From a virus, in IMG/VR virus record IMGVR_UViG_3300028829_004911: DNA of 64,000 nucleotides; one strand, written 5' to 3'. Shown here in pieces: positions 24,578 to 33,112 of this stretch. Made by a program: the position numbers and the translations under genes. The notes below the pieces were generated by a model, which searched no databases, was not told where the DNA came from, and saw nothing but the letters and a program-made list of their open reading frames with translations. Each line of letters opens with the position of its first letter. The stretch's first letter is position 1.

Positions 24578-25280
24578 CATTGAATCAATCCCGTTTTGGG
24601 CACCGGAGCAAGTGCGGCTACGCCGCCTAATCACCTCGGCGGTAGCGGATGCGGTAATCCCCGCACTTTCCGAAATCAACAAGGCATGGACGTTCCATGA
24701 AATAGACGGTCCTATCCTAACGCCGCAGATTTGCATGAACAAAGAATACACAGGTGACGACGTGTTCTTCACCCAAGTTTTCAAGTCGGAAAATCAACTG
24801 GCTTTGCGCCCTGAAACCACGCCGTCTTCTTATCAGTATGCGCGTGAGCGCTTCCGTAACAAGAAGAGTTTTCCGGCATGTGTATGGCAAGCCGGAAAAT
24901 CCTTCCGTGTAGAGGCATCAGACGGCGCGCGCGCTGCCACCCTCCGATTCAATGAATTCTACCAACTGGAATTCCAGTGCATCTATGCCAAAGGGACTAT
25001 GGCAGATTATCGCACGCCAGTCACCACCGCGATGCGCACAGCGCTTGACGCCGTGATGTTGGGGACGTCTCGTCTGGTGGAATCCGACCGACTTCCTAGC
25101 TACAGCACGCAGACCATGGACATTGAAATGCCATGGAAAGGTGAGTGGAAAGAGATTGCGAGCATTTCCACCCGAACAGATTTTGGCGACGAATACGAAG
25201 TTCTTGAACTGGCCCTCGGACTTGACCGCGCGGTATTGATTGCGGAACAAAACTACGCCTCACGAAAGGAATCCATGTAA
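24561..25280 (+). CDS. Stand-alone class II aminoacyl-tRNA-synthetase-like catalytic core (GlyRS-like), no anticodon-binding domain
   Basis: LALRPETTPSSY..WQAGKSFRVE...RFNEFYQLEFQ (motif 2-like) and LELALGLDRAVL (motif 3-like). Only 239 aa. Confidence 0.7.
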   Translation: MTTYLNIESIPFWAPEQVRLRRLITSAVADAVIPALSEINKAWTFHEIDGPILTPQICMNKEYTGDDVFFTQVFKSENQLALRPETTPSSYQYARERFRNKKSFPACVWQAGKSFRVEASDGARAATLRFNEFYQLEFQCIYAKGTMADYRTPVTTAMRTALDAVMLGTSRLVESDRLPSYSTQTMDIEMPWKGEWKEIASISTRTDFGDEYEVLELALGLDRAVLIAEQNYASRKESM

Positions 25281-25591
25281 TGCCATTGGTAAAGCGATAC
25301 GACGATGACCCTGATCCAGTGTCTTTCCCGATCACAGGTCACTTGACAACCGCTGACGAAGCTGCGACGTTTTACGAATCATTTCTGAACGATTTGGCCT
25401 GTACCCACGGTGGCACCATCCATCGACTGGCACCAAAGCCAGATCGCAATGCGCATGGCGTTAGATGGACGGTGGGACCAGAGAATTGGGCAAAGGTTTG
25501 CGCCGAAGGTCCTGACATGAAAACTGACGCGTTTACAGTGTTTCACGAGGATGGTGATACGATCTTTTTTCAGGACCGCACCGACCCTTAA
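25280..25591 (+). CDS. Hypothetical protein
   Basis: Track ORF, TAATG-coupled. Confidence 0.75.
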   Translation: MPLVKRYDDDPDPVSFPITGHLTTADEAATFYESFLNDLACTHGGTIHRLAPKPDRNAHGVRWTVGPENWAKVCAEGPDMKTDAFTVFHEDGDTIFFQDRTDP

Positions 25592-25602
25592 TAGGCGAAT
25601 TG

Positions 25603-25653
25603 AATGGAGCGCCCCCATGCTTGTGCGCGTATAAGTGGTCCTCCATTTTTCTT
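25603..25653 (+). terminator. Terminator candidate
   Basis: AATGGAG...CTCCATT with a long GC-rich loop, then TTTTTCTT. Confidence 0.45.
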
Positions 25654-25654
25654 A

Positions 25655-25682
25655 TTGACTACAGGATTTACTACAGTATGTT
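25655..25682 (+). promoter_or_regulatory. Candidate sigma70-like promoter
   Basis: TTGACT, 16 nt, TATGTT. Confidence 0.45.
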
Positions 25683-25720
25683 GGTGGTTATCAGAGAGAA
25701 ATATATAAAGGATTGAACAA

Positions 25721-26141
25721 ATGTCATACACTTGTAAGCACTGGGAAGGGGACGTTGTTAACGGTTTTTGGATTTGTGCGCGGTGCTACGTTAAATTAGG
25801 CGAACGACCCCGAAGATTTTTCAACCCAATGAAGGTTGCCGACTTCTACGCAGACCAGCCCCCAAAACCCCCCCTGTCAAGAAGTAATTGCGGCACCGGT
25901 CGCCGTATATGATGGAATTACGCTGGGTCAGTTCATTAATAGCATGGCGGCGCGAATTGTTGTACGTACTGGAGGCAGTTTCATGCTAGAAGATGCGACC
26001 AATTACGCGATAGACTTACTCCAAAATTACGGGGAGCCGTTTGGCTCTGCTGATATGGCGTGGGACGCTGGCGGTGCATGGGAACTTGTAGACGAAGATA
26101 TGCAACATTGGGATACTGATGAAGGTACCTCGAATCAATAA
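25721..26141 (+). CDS. Hypothetical zinc-ribbon protein interrupted by a frame break at a C7 run (25868-25874)
   Basis: ORF 25721..25912 and start-less ORF 25836..26141 overlap. Only a poorly placed TTG could start the second. Confidence 0.5.
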
Positions 26142-26159
26142 CATGGAGTAACATAATAG

Positions 26160-26405
26160 ATGCCACTTACAAAACCGATGAATGCTGGAATAAAGAACGG
26201 CAGGTTGGTCATTGATATGGCGGAAGCGGATGCGCTTTGGAAAGGACTTACACAAGAGCAACAATATGAGGCAATGTGCATCATGTTCGAGCCAATTATG
26301 GATACAGCGACGAAAATGAAGCGCGCCCTTATCGATGTAGTGGAAGCGGCAGAAAGACAAGGGGCAGGCGTTTGCTATGAGATAGCGCGGGAGGCGTTGG
26401 AATAG
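26160..26405 (+). CDS. Hypothetical protein
   Basis: Track ORF, RBS GGAG. Confidence 0.7.
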   Translation: MPLTKPMNAGIKNGRLVIDMAEADALWKGLTQEQQYEAMCIMFEPIMDTATKMKRALIDVVEAAERQGAGVCYEIAREALE

Positions 26406-26406
26406 T

Positions 26407-26622
26407 ATGGTGAATATACATACCATGATATCTCGATTTAAGCAGGATAGAGCGCGTGTACTGACTTCCATGGGTCTTCGCACCACACACCCATCTAAGG
26501 CGTATGCACAGGGCGTAGAGGACGTGTCAGCACGCATTGCACGACGTGTTCCCAAGGCTTTTCACGAGATTGGGATGGCAGTGGCCCAAACACTCGAAGA
26601 TAATCCATATGAAAAGGATTGA
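26407..26622 (+). CDS. Hypothetical protein
   Basis: Track ORF. Confidence 0.65.
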   Translation: MVNIHTMISRFKQDRARVLTSMGLRTTHPSKAYAQGVEDVSARIARRVPKAFHEIGMAVAQTLEDNPYEKD

Positions 26623-26679
26623 CAGCTAAACAACGATTGTTTACAAAGAATCAACCGCAACAATCATGAGGAGACCACC

Positions 26680-27039
26680 ATGGCTTACCAACAAGAAGTA
26701 AAAGAAACTGCAAAATTTAGTTCATTATTTGTGCTAGTTGCGATTATTTTGGTCGTAGGTATCGGAGGATTTGCTCTTTTTGGCGAGCGCTTTACAAACC
26801 CGTTTCAAGAAGATACGCATACAGCGCTGCAGCACATCCGACAGGTTTCTTGCCAAGAACGGAGCCTGACAATAGATCGAGGGATAGTTGCACACTCCGC
26901 CGCCGAAAGTGCTGCAGAACGTAATGCTGTTTTATTCATCGTACAATTTGAGATTGACAGAACGTCCACGCCTACTACATGTCAACTAGAGGACTGGCAA
27001 ATAAGTTACATGCAGAACGCTGGCGTCTATTTATATTAA
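26680..27039 (+). CDS. N-terminally anchored membrane protein, tandem paralog A
   Basis: RBS GAGGAGA. First ~45 aa about 80 percent identical to the 27053 product. Confidence 0.8.
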   Translation: MAYQQEVKETAKFSSLFVLVAIILVVGIGGFALFGERFTNPFQEDTHTALQHIRQVSCQERSLTIDRGIVAHSAAESAAERNAVLFIVQFEIDRTSTPTTCQLEDWQISYMQNAGVYLY

Positions 27040-27052
27040 AGAGGAGACCATC

Positions 27053-27409
27053 ATGTCTTATAGACAAGAAGTAAAAGAAACTGCAAAATTTAGCTCATTG
27101 TTTGTGTTAGCTGCGATTATTTTGGTTGGAGGTGTCGGAGGATTTGTTATTTTTGGTGAGCGCTTTGTAAAACCGTTCCAAGAAGAAACTCGATACCAAA
27201 CACAGCAAAACAGCCAAGCATACCGCGACGGCCTACGCCAACAGATCAATCAAATGCAGCTTGACTACGCCTCCGCCGATGTCGGAGCACGTAATGCTAT
27301 TCTATCTGTTGCACGCCAGCAGTTTGGGTCACTCGACAGCAGCACGCTAAGCAGCTTACAACAACAACAAAAAGATTTTCTGCGTGAAGCAGGGATCTAC
27401 GTGAATTAA
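27053..27409 (+). CDS. N-terminally anchored membrane protein, tandem paralog B
   Basis: RBS GAGGAGA. Shared M.Y.QEVKETAKFSSLFVL.AIILV.G.GGF..FGERF..PFQE. Confidence 0.8.
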   Translation: MSYRQEVKETAKFSSLFVLAAIILVGGVGGFVIFGERFVKPFQEETRYQTQQNSQAYRDGLRQQINQMQLDYASADVGARNAILSVARQQFGSLDSSTLSSLQQQQKDFLREAGIYVN

Positions 27410-27419
27410 GGAGATATAC

Positions 27420-28001
27420 ATGAAAAATATTTTTAAAGCGCTCGCACTTGTTATTGGCCTGACCAGTATGGGTACTGTCGCGACAGCCTGCGGCGGTTTA
27501 TTTGGCTCCGCCTGTACTGGAAGCGCTTCGGACACAGCAGTTTCCCAGCAATTAGAAGGACTTGTAGCACAAGGCGTACGACAAGTACCAATGCCCGCCA
27601 TCACTAATTTTTTCGAACGACAGATGGTGAAGATGATCTATGAATTGCGCGACAATCCCGAATATCAGACGTACACTTATTTTGTTACGTTGGATGGGAC
27701 ATTTGTATACATTTGTGACAGTGTCGGATACGGTATCAATTCTTCCATTCAATACGCCAGCCCCGTTAAACTGACCCCCGACATCGATTTGGGGGATTCC
27801 CGAGGAGCGATGCCTCTCCCACAAATGGAACCAAACGCTTTGTTCATGCCCGAAGGATTGGCAGCAACTTACGTTATCTGTTCTTTCGATCCGAATACAG
27901 GTCCGGTAGAAGGTGATCTAGGACTTCACGCGGTGTATATGGAACAAGATGCGTTTGTAACGCCCTTTGAAATTCCAACGGCAAACAACCCATACCGATA
28001 A
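27420..28001 (+). CDS. Predicted lipoprotein
   Basis: RBS AAGGAGA. Signal with lipobox-like VATA-C. Confidence 0.75.
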   Translation: MKNIFKALALVIGLTSMGTVATACGGLFGSACTGSASDTAVSQQLEGLVAQGVRQVPMPAITNFFERQMVKMIYELRDNPEYQTYTYFVTLDGTFVYICDSVGYGINSSIQYASPVKLTPDIDLGDSRGAMPLPQMEPNALFMPEGLAATYVICSFDPNTGPVEGDLGLHAVYMEQDAFVTPFEIPTANNPYR

Positions 28002-28067
28002 AAATGGAAGGCGGGGCTTGTCCTCGCCACCCACATCTGAATATACGCCAAAATTTAGGAGGACATT

Positions 28068-28628
28068 ATGGCATCAATACTCACAGTCATTGACGCCCAC
28101 GAAGGGCCAACCGAAATCGACACAACAGTAGGCGGAGTGTTATTCTGCGACGTAGATGGAACTGTTGCTGATTTTACACACCGTCGGCTTGCATCCGAAG
28201 CTGTTCCAAAGGCGTATAAATGGCCCGTGTTTCGGAAGAACATGGATCAGGACCTGCCAATCCAGCCAATCATAGACGCCGTTAAGACGTTGAAAGCTGC
28301 CGGATGGGTCGTGGTTATGATGACAGCCCGCAGTCGCATTGATTTGGAGGTCACCGAAGAGTGGTTAGCAAAATACGGCATAACCTACGATGCAATCTAT
28401 ATCCGCGACGATTGGGTGCGCAATGAAGATGGCTCCATCAAACTGACCCGCAAGGGCAAGCAAATGCCAGACAGCCGTAAAGACGATATCGTGAAAACAG
28501 AGTTATTGGCAAAGGCGCGTGCGGATGGATACGATCCAACACTGGTATTTGATGATCGAAATCAGGTTGTAGATATGTGGCGCTCGCACGGTATCATGTG
28601 TGTTCAAGTTGCAGAAGGAGATTTCTAA
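28068..28628 (+). CDS. HAD-type polynucleotide 3'-phosphatase (Pnkp phosphatase-domain-like)
   Basis: DVDGTVA, MMTARS and VFDDRNQVVDMWRSHGIMCVQVAEGDF, as in the T4 Pnkp C-terminal domain. Confidence 0.8.
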   Translation: MASILTVIDAHEGPTEIDTTVGGVLFCDVDGTVADFTHRRLASEAVPKAYKWPVFRKNMDQDLPIQPIIDAVKTLKAAGWVVVMMTARSRIDLEVTEEWLAKYGITYDAIYIRDDWVRNEDGSIKLTRKGKQMPDSRKDDIVKTELLAKARADGYDPTLVFDDRNQVVDMWRSHGIMCVQVAEGDF

Positions 28629-28900
28629 TGAATTGGTTAACAACAATTTTATGGACGGCAGTGTTGGGAACGGTCGCGGCAGTTTTTTTGTACGAAAAAC
28701 AACCCCATGTTATTACTGAGCGGGAGGTAATTAGAACGGATTATTTTGTTCTACATCTGGAAGAAGACATGCTATATCTGCATGACACATTCACTGGTGA
28801 CTGTTTCAGCTTCCTGCCAACGCTTGGCACAGGGGGACCAGCTATGGCGCATATACCGTGTCGGGACCGCCCCAACATGGTCGAGTTTTCGTCACAATGA
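28628..28900 (+). CDS. Hypothetical membrane-anchored protein
   Basis: TAATG-coupled ATG within track ORF 28577..28900. Confidence 0.65.
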   Translation: MNWLTTILWTAVLGTVAAVFLYEKQPHVITEREVIRTDYFVLHLEEDMLYLHDTFTGDCFSFLPTLGTGGPAMAHIPCRDRPNMVEFSSQ

Positions 28901-29292
28901 TCCTAACGTCTTCGGCGATGTGTATAGCACTCGCCGTGTATTTCGAAGCCCGTGGAGAACCCGTTGAAGGTCAGTACGCGGTCGCCGAAGTAATCCTCAA
29001 TCGCGTGGACAGTCCTCGGTATCCGGATAATGCCTGCGCGGTGACCGCCCAAGACAATGGACCCCGACCGCACGACTGCCAGTTTTCATACATGTGCGAC
29101 GGCTTACCCGAAACTACGCAAGAAACAGAAGCATGGGAACGAGCACAGCAGATCGCTATTGACGTCACGGACGAATCGACTATGTATGTAGAAGGAGCGA
29201 CACACTTTGCCGCAAGCTCGGTGAATAATCGCTGGACCAGACAATTTGAACAAATTGGCACAATTGGAGGCCACACGTTCTACAAAGAATAG
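28897..29292 (+). CDS. SleB-family cell wall hydrolase
   Basis: YFEARGEP..G..AVAEVILNRV.SPRYPD..C.V......QFSY. ATGA-coupled. Confidence 0.85.
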   Translation: MILTSSAMCIALAVYFEARGEPVEGQYAVAEVILNRVDSPRYPDNACAVTAQDNGPRPHDCQFSYMCDGLPETTQETEAWERAQQIAIDVTDESTMYVEGATHFAASSVNNRWTRQFEQIGTIGGHTFYKE

Positions 29293-29301
29293 GAGAACAA
29301 T

Positions 29302-30588
29302 ATGTACCCAGCTATTCAGCATATATCCGAAATACTCCCAGCGGTGGATGGCGATAGCGCCTTCCGCGTGGTCGAAAAGGATTGTGGATATACCTATATC
29401 AACTACAACCATATGGGCAGCGACGTGTTCCCACCAATGCCAACCGATGCGGAGTGGGAACAAGCACAAGGGGATGAATGGGAAAACCACGTTCTCGACC
29501 AAGATTCACTGAGAAGCGCCCTAAGACGCGAATGCCGTGGTATTGCCTTTAATACTGCGTCAGGCTTTATTGCATCCCGCCCTTTCCACAAGTTCTTCAA
29601 CGCTGGCGAACGTGAAGAAGTATCAATGACTGCGCTCCCTTTTAACACCCCACACGTTATCATGGATAAAATGGATGGATCCATGATGCGCCCGTTCTTG
29701 GTCGCAGATAAAGTGCGGTGGGGCACCAAAATGGGTCCTGATACTGACGTTGCAAAAATGGCACAGATTTTCGCAGCACAGTATGATAAGTATGAGAACA
29801 TGGCGCGCGCCTGCATGGAACTAGGTGTTACCCCCATCTTCGAATATGTGTCTAAAGAAAACCGCATCGTCGTATCTTATCCAAAGCGTGACATGGTCTT
29901 GCTGGCTATTCGAGAAACTATAAGTGGGGTATACTGGTCCCGCGAAGACGTTCTCCAAGTCGCAAACGCTTTCGACGTACCTGTTGTAGATGTTTATAAT
30001 GCCGACATCGGCAATAATACAGGATTAGATGCATGGGATACAACTACCAACGAAGGCCTCGCCACAAAGTTTGTCCAAAGTATTCGACAATCTTCGGACA
30101 TTCCCGAAGGCGTCGTCTTGTGGTGGCCTAGTTGGGGCTTTGTAAAGGTAAAGACAGAAGAATACGTTGATTTACACAGAGCGAAAGAGAAGATGGCGAC
30201 GGAGCGAAATCTCATCACCGTTATTCTCTCAGATACAATCGATGATCTTCTTCCCTTACTGGACACCGAAGATCAAGATCGACTAACTGCATTTGTAGAT
30301 TCTTTCTGGGGCGAAATGAATTTGCTTGAAGACAAGATAGAAACCTACTACGAGTGGTCAAAACGGGATTTCGACACAAAACGAGGTTTCGCTGTAAGCG
30401 GTAAATTGGCAGACCAACCTCACATTCGTTCACTCGTGTTCGCATTGTGGGACGGCAAGCTGGAAGACAGCCAGAAAGCAGCAATGAAAGCACTTGAGAG
30501 CGGGCTAGTGTCTGAAACTAAGTGGCGAGAAATAAAAGACAAATGGGAATTCTCATTTGACTGGAACGAAACGGAGGACAATGAATGA
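29302..30588 (+). CDS. ATP-dependent RNA ligase, Rnl1-like
   Basis: Motif I DKMDGS, EGVV, and FVKVKTEEYVDLH resembling T4 Rnl1 HFKIKSDWYVSLH. Confidence 0.8.
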   Translation: MYPAIQHISEILPAVDGDSAFRVVEKDCGYTYINYNHMGSDVFPPMPTDAEWEQAQGDEWENHVLDQDSLRSALRRECRGIAFNTASGFIASRPFHKFFNAGEREEVSMTALPFNTPHVIMDKMDGSMMRPFLVADKVRWGTKMGPDTDVAKMAQIFAAQYDKYENMARACMELGVTPIFEYVSKENRIVVSYPKRDMVLLAIRETISGVYWSREDVLQVANAFDVPVVDVYNADIGNNTGLDAWDTTTNEGLATKFVQSIRQSSDIPEGVVLWWPSWGFVKVKTEEYVDLHRAKEKMATERNLITVILSDTIDDLLPLLDTEDQDRLTAFVDSFWGEMNLLEDKIETYYEWSKRDFDTKRGFAVSGKLADQPHIRSLVFALWDGKLEDSQKAAMKALESGLVSETKWREIKDKWEFSFDWNETEDNE

Positions 30589-31082
30589 ATGATCTTGTAA
30601 CGGCTAATGGAAACATCGCGGGGCCAGTATGTGTTCTGCTTGTGGGTTTACCTGGTTCGGGTAAATCCACATGGCGTACCAGCTTGGGGACCAACTACAC
30701 TTTCTTATCGACAGACGACTATGTCGAGAAAGTAGCGAAAGCATACGGAACCACTTATGACCGTGTTTGGGTGCAACACATCGATGAAGCCACAAAGGCT
30801 ATGGATATCGAATTCCGTGAAGCCATCGAATCGAAAAAATCAATTGCGGTTGATCGCACCAATTTGTCCCTAAAATCACGTAGAAAGTTTTTATCACAAT
30901 TACCTAAGATCTATTCTAAAGTAGCTGTATACTTTGAAATCGATGAAGAACTTAGACAAATGAGAATGAAAGGTCGCGAAGGAAAATTGATACCTGCTGC
31001 TGCGGATGATCGATTACGTTCGGCGTACGTACGCCCAACGAAAGATGAAGGTTTCGACATGATTTTGACAGGTGTCGCATGA
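30585..31082 (+). CDS. Polynucleotide 5'-kinase-like P-loop protein
   Basis: GLPGSGKSTW Walker A, ~165 aa, ATGA-coupled to the RNA ligase. Confidence 0.7.
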   Translation: MNDLVTANGNIAGPVCVLLVGLPGSGKSTWRTSLGTNYTFLSTDDYVEKVAKAYGTTYDRVWVQHIDEATKAMDIEFREAIESKKSIAVDRTNLSLKSRRKFLSQLPKIYSKVAVYFEIDEELRQMRMKGREGKLIPAAADDRLRSAYVRPTKDEGFDMILTGVA

Positions 31083-31612
31083 CAACAATTACTTATCGAG
31101 ACGGCGTCATGGCGGCAGACAGCGGTGAAGCATGGGGTGACGAGATTCGTGCAAACGCCGTCAAAATTTACAATACTGGGAAATATTTAGTAGGACTTTC
31201 TGGGAACTTTGCAGCAGTTGTTTCTTACATCGAGTGGATAACCGATATACAGGATTCACATGATAATCCGTCAACCATGTTTCGAGATAAAGATTTACTA
31301 ATGAATTCTCCCAATAATGGTGTTAACATTCTAATGGTTGACCGAGACGGAGGTATATGGGCAATGACTACGGAAGGCCACGCAACGACACGAGCGTACG
31401 AATATGACTCTATTGGATCTGGCGGCGCATATGCAATGGGCGCGATGCATTGCGGGGCTGGTGCAGAAGAGGCGGTCAAAGCGGCAATCGCATATGACAT
31501 AAATTCAATTGGCCCCGTGTTTCTAACAACTTTCGAGCACGAGACATCCACTTACGGTTCTTTCTTGACAGCACCGAAAGAGTTTGCTAAACAATATACA
31601 GTCGTTGGATAG
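31079..31612 (+). CDS. Ntn-hydrolase, proteasome beta / HslV-like peptidase
   Basis: Starts M-TTITYRDGVMAADS. Later GLSG and IGSGG.YAMGAM motifs. Confidence 0.75.
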   Translation: MTTITYRDGVMAADSGEAWGDEIRANAVKIYNTGKYLVGLSGNFAAVVSYIEWITDIQDSHDNPSTMFRDKDLLMNSPNNGVNILMVDRDGGIWAMTTEGHATTRAYEYDSIGSGGAYAMGAMHCGAGAEEAVKAAIAYDINSIGPVFLTTFEHETSTYGSFLTAPKEFAKQYTVVG

Positions 31613-31645
31613 ACCAACGCACAACATAGCGAGAGGAGTTTTCGC

Positions 31646-32770
31646 ATGACACATGATGTCTTGACCTTTATTGGTCGTTTTCAGCCGTTCCACAACGGAC
31701 ACAAGGCTGTAGTTGATGAAGCACTTACCAAGGCGGAGAAAGTTGCCTTGGTAATCGGGAGCGATCAACAACCGCGCTACGCGCGTAACCCGTGGACTAC
31801 ACAAGAACGCATAGACATGATCACCGCCGTCTATCCAGACGAGGTTGCATCTGGACGCCTCCATTTCTGTCCACAGGTTGATCACACGTACAACTTAGAC
31901 CGCTGGATTGGTGGAATTCAATCAAGTGCAGTTACAGTGGCCCAGAAAACACATAATATGGGTATTATTGGGCACTCAAAAGATGCGTCAAGTTTCTACC
32001 TCAAAGCGTTTCCAACATGGGAAAACATTGAGGCGGCAAACGTGGAAGGCATCAACGCAACTGATATTCGTAAAGATTATCTGGAGAATGAGGACTGGCA
32101 AACGCGCTGGTCTGAGAAACTGCCAGAGGAAGTTTTACATTGGCTGGAGGACTGGCAGGACAGTACTGGGTTCGAACAAGTGGCACAAGAGCATGCGTTA
32201 TTAAAGAAGTACAAGAAACAGTTCATACGTCCGTCTGATAAAGAGATTCGAAAATTCGCTGTAAATAACGGGATGGCAGACTACATCAGTGCTGATGTAA
32301 AAATGCTCAATGATTTCGCTGATGCATATTGTCCAAAATACCCTCCGGTATTCTACACCGCTGACGCGGTTGTAGTGCAAGCGGGTCACATTCTGTTGGT
32401 GAAACGTGGCGGGTTTCCTGGCCAAGGTCTCTGGGCGTTGCCGGGTGGATTTGTCAATGAGACAGAAGATAGCCGCGTAGCGGCTATTCGCGAACTACGC
32501 GAAGAGACCCGTCTGGCGGTGCCACAACCCGTTCTAAACGGATCAATTACCGAGTCACGCGAATTCAGTGATCCGTATCGATCACAGCGTGGACGTACTG
32601 TCACCATGGCATACAAATTCGAACTGTCCGACAATAACGGCGGAGGCCTACCGAAAGTTAAAGGGGCCGATGATGCTGTAAAGGCTGTATGGGTGCCTAT
32701 TTCTGAGCTACGCCGCGACAAAATGTTCGAGGATCACTACGATATTATTGAATGTATGGTGGGTTTATAA
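31646..32770 (+). CDS. natV: Bifunctional NMN adenylyltransferase / Nudix hydrolase (NadM-Nudix type)
   Basis: GRFQPFHNGH motif plus Nudix box GGFVNETEDSRVAAIRELREET. Confidence 0.9.
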   Translation: MTHDVLTFIGRFQPFHNGHKAVVDEALTKAEKVALVIGSDQQPRYARNPWTTQERIDMITAVYPDEVASGRLHFCPQVDHTYNLDRWIGGIQSSAVTVAQKTHNMGIIGHSKDASSFYLKAFPTWENIEAANVEGINATDIRKDYLENEDWQTRWSEKLPEEVLHWLEDWQDSTGFEQVAQEHALLKKYKKQFIRPSDKEIRKFAVNNGMADYISADVKMLNDFADAYCPKYPPVFYTADAVVVQAGHILLVKRGGFPGQGLWALPGGFVNETEDSRVAAIRELREETRLAVPQPVLNGSITESREFSDPYRSQRGRTVTMAYKFELSDNNGGGLPKVKGADDAVKAVWVPISELRRDKMFEDHYDIIECMVGL

Positions 32771-33078
32771 TGGTTGAAGCAATCAAACCAACGGACGTCG
32801 CTGAAACAAAAGCAGCCACTATGCCAGACGCAGTCATTACGGCTTGGAACAACATTATCGCCAAAAATTTCAGCAACGGAAGAGCGTGCGTCCGTCAAAA
32901 TGATATCATCGCCACGCTGATGCCTCACACGAAAGATGGACAGAGCGCGCAAGTTTTCGCGGAAGGGTGGCTTGATATCGAAGAGATTTACCGTGCGCAA
33001 GGGTGGGAAGTTGTATACAACAAGCCTGCATATTCCGAAACAGGCATACCCACATTCATATTCAAGGCCAAGGAATAG
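32770..33078 (+). CDS. Hypothetical protein
   Basis: TAATG-coupled ATG within track ORF 32752..33078. Confidence 0.7.
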   Translation: MVEAIKPTDVAETKAATMPDAVITAWNNIIAKNFSNGRACVRQNDIIATLMPHTKDGQSAQVFAEGWLDIEEIYRAQGWEVVYNKPAYSETGIPTFIFKAKE

Positions 33079-33112
33079 ATTCTAGCCTATAACGAGAGAA
33101 GGAGATTTTCTC

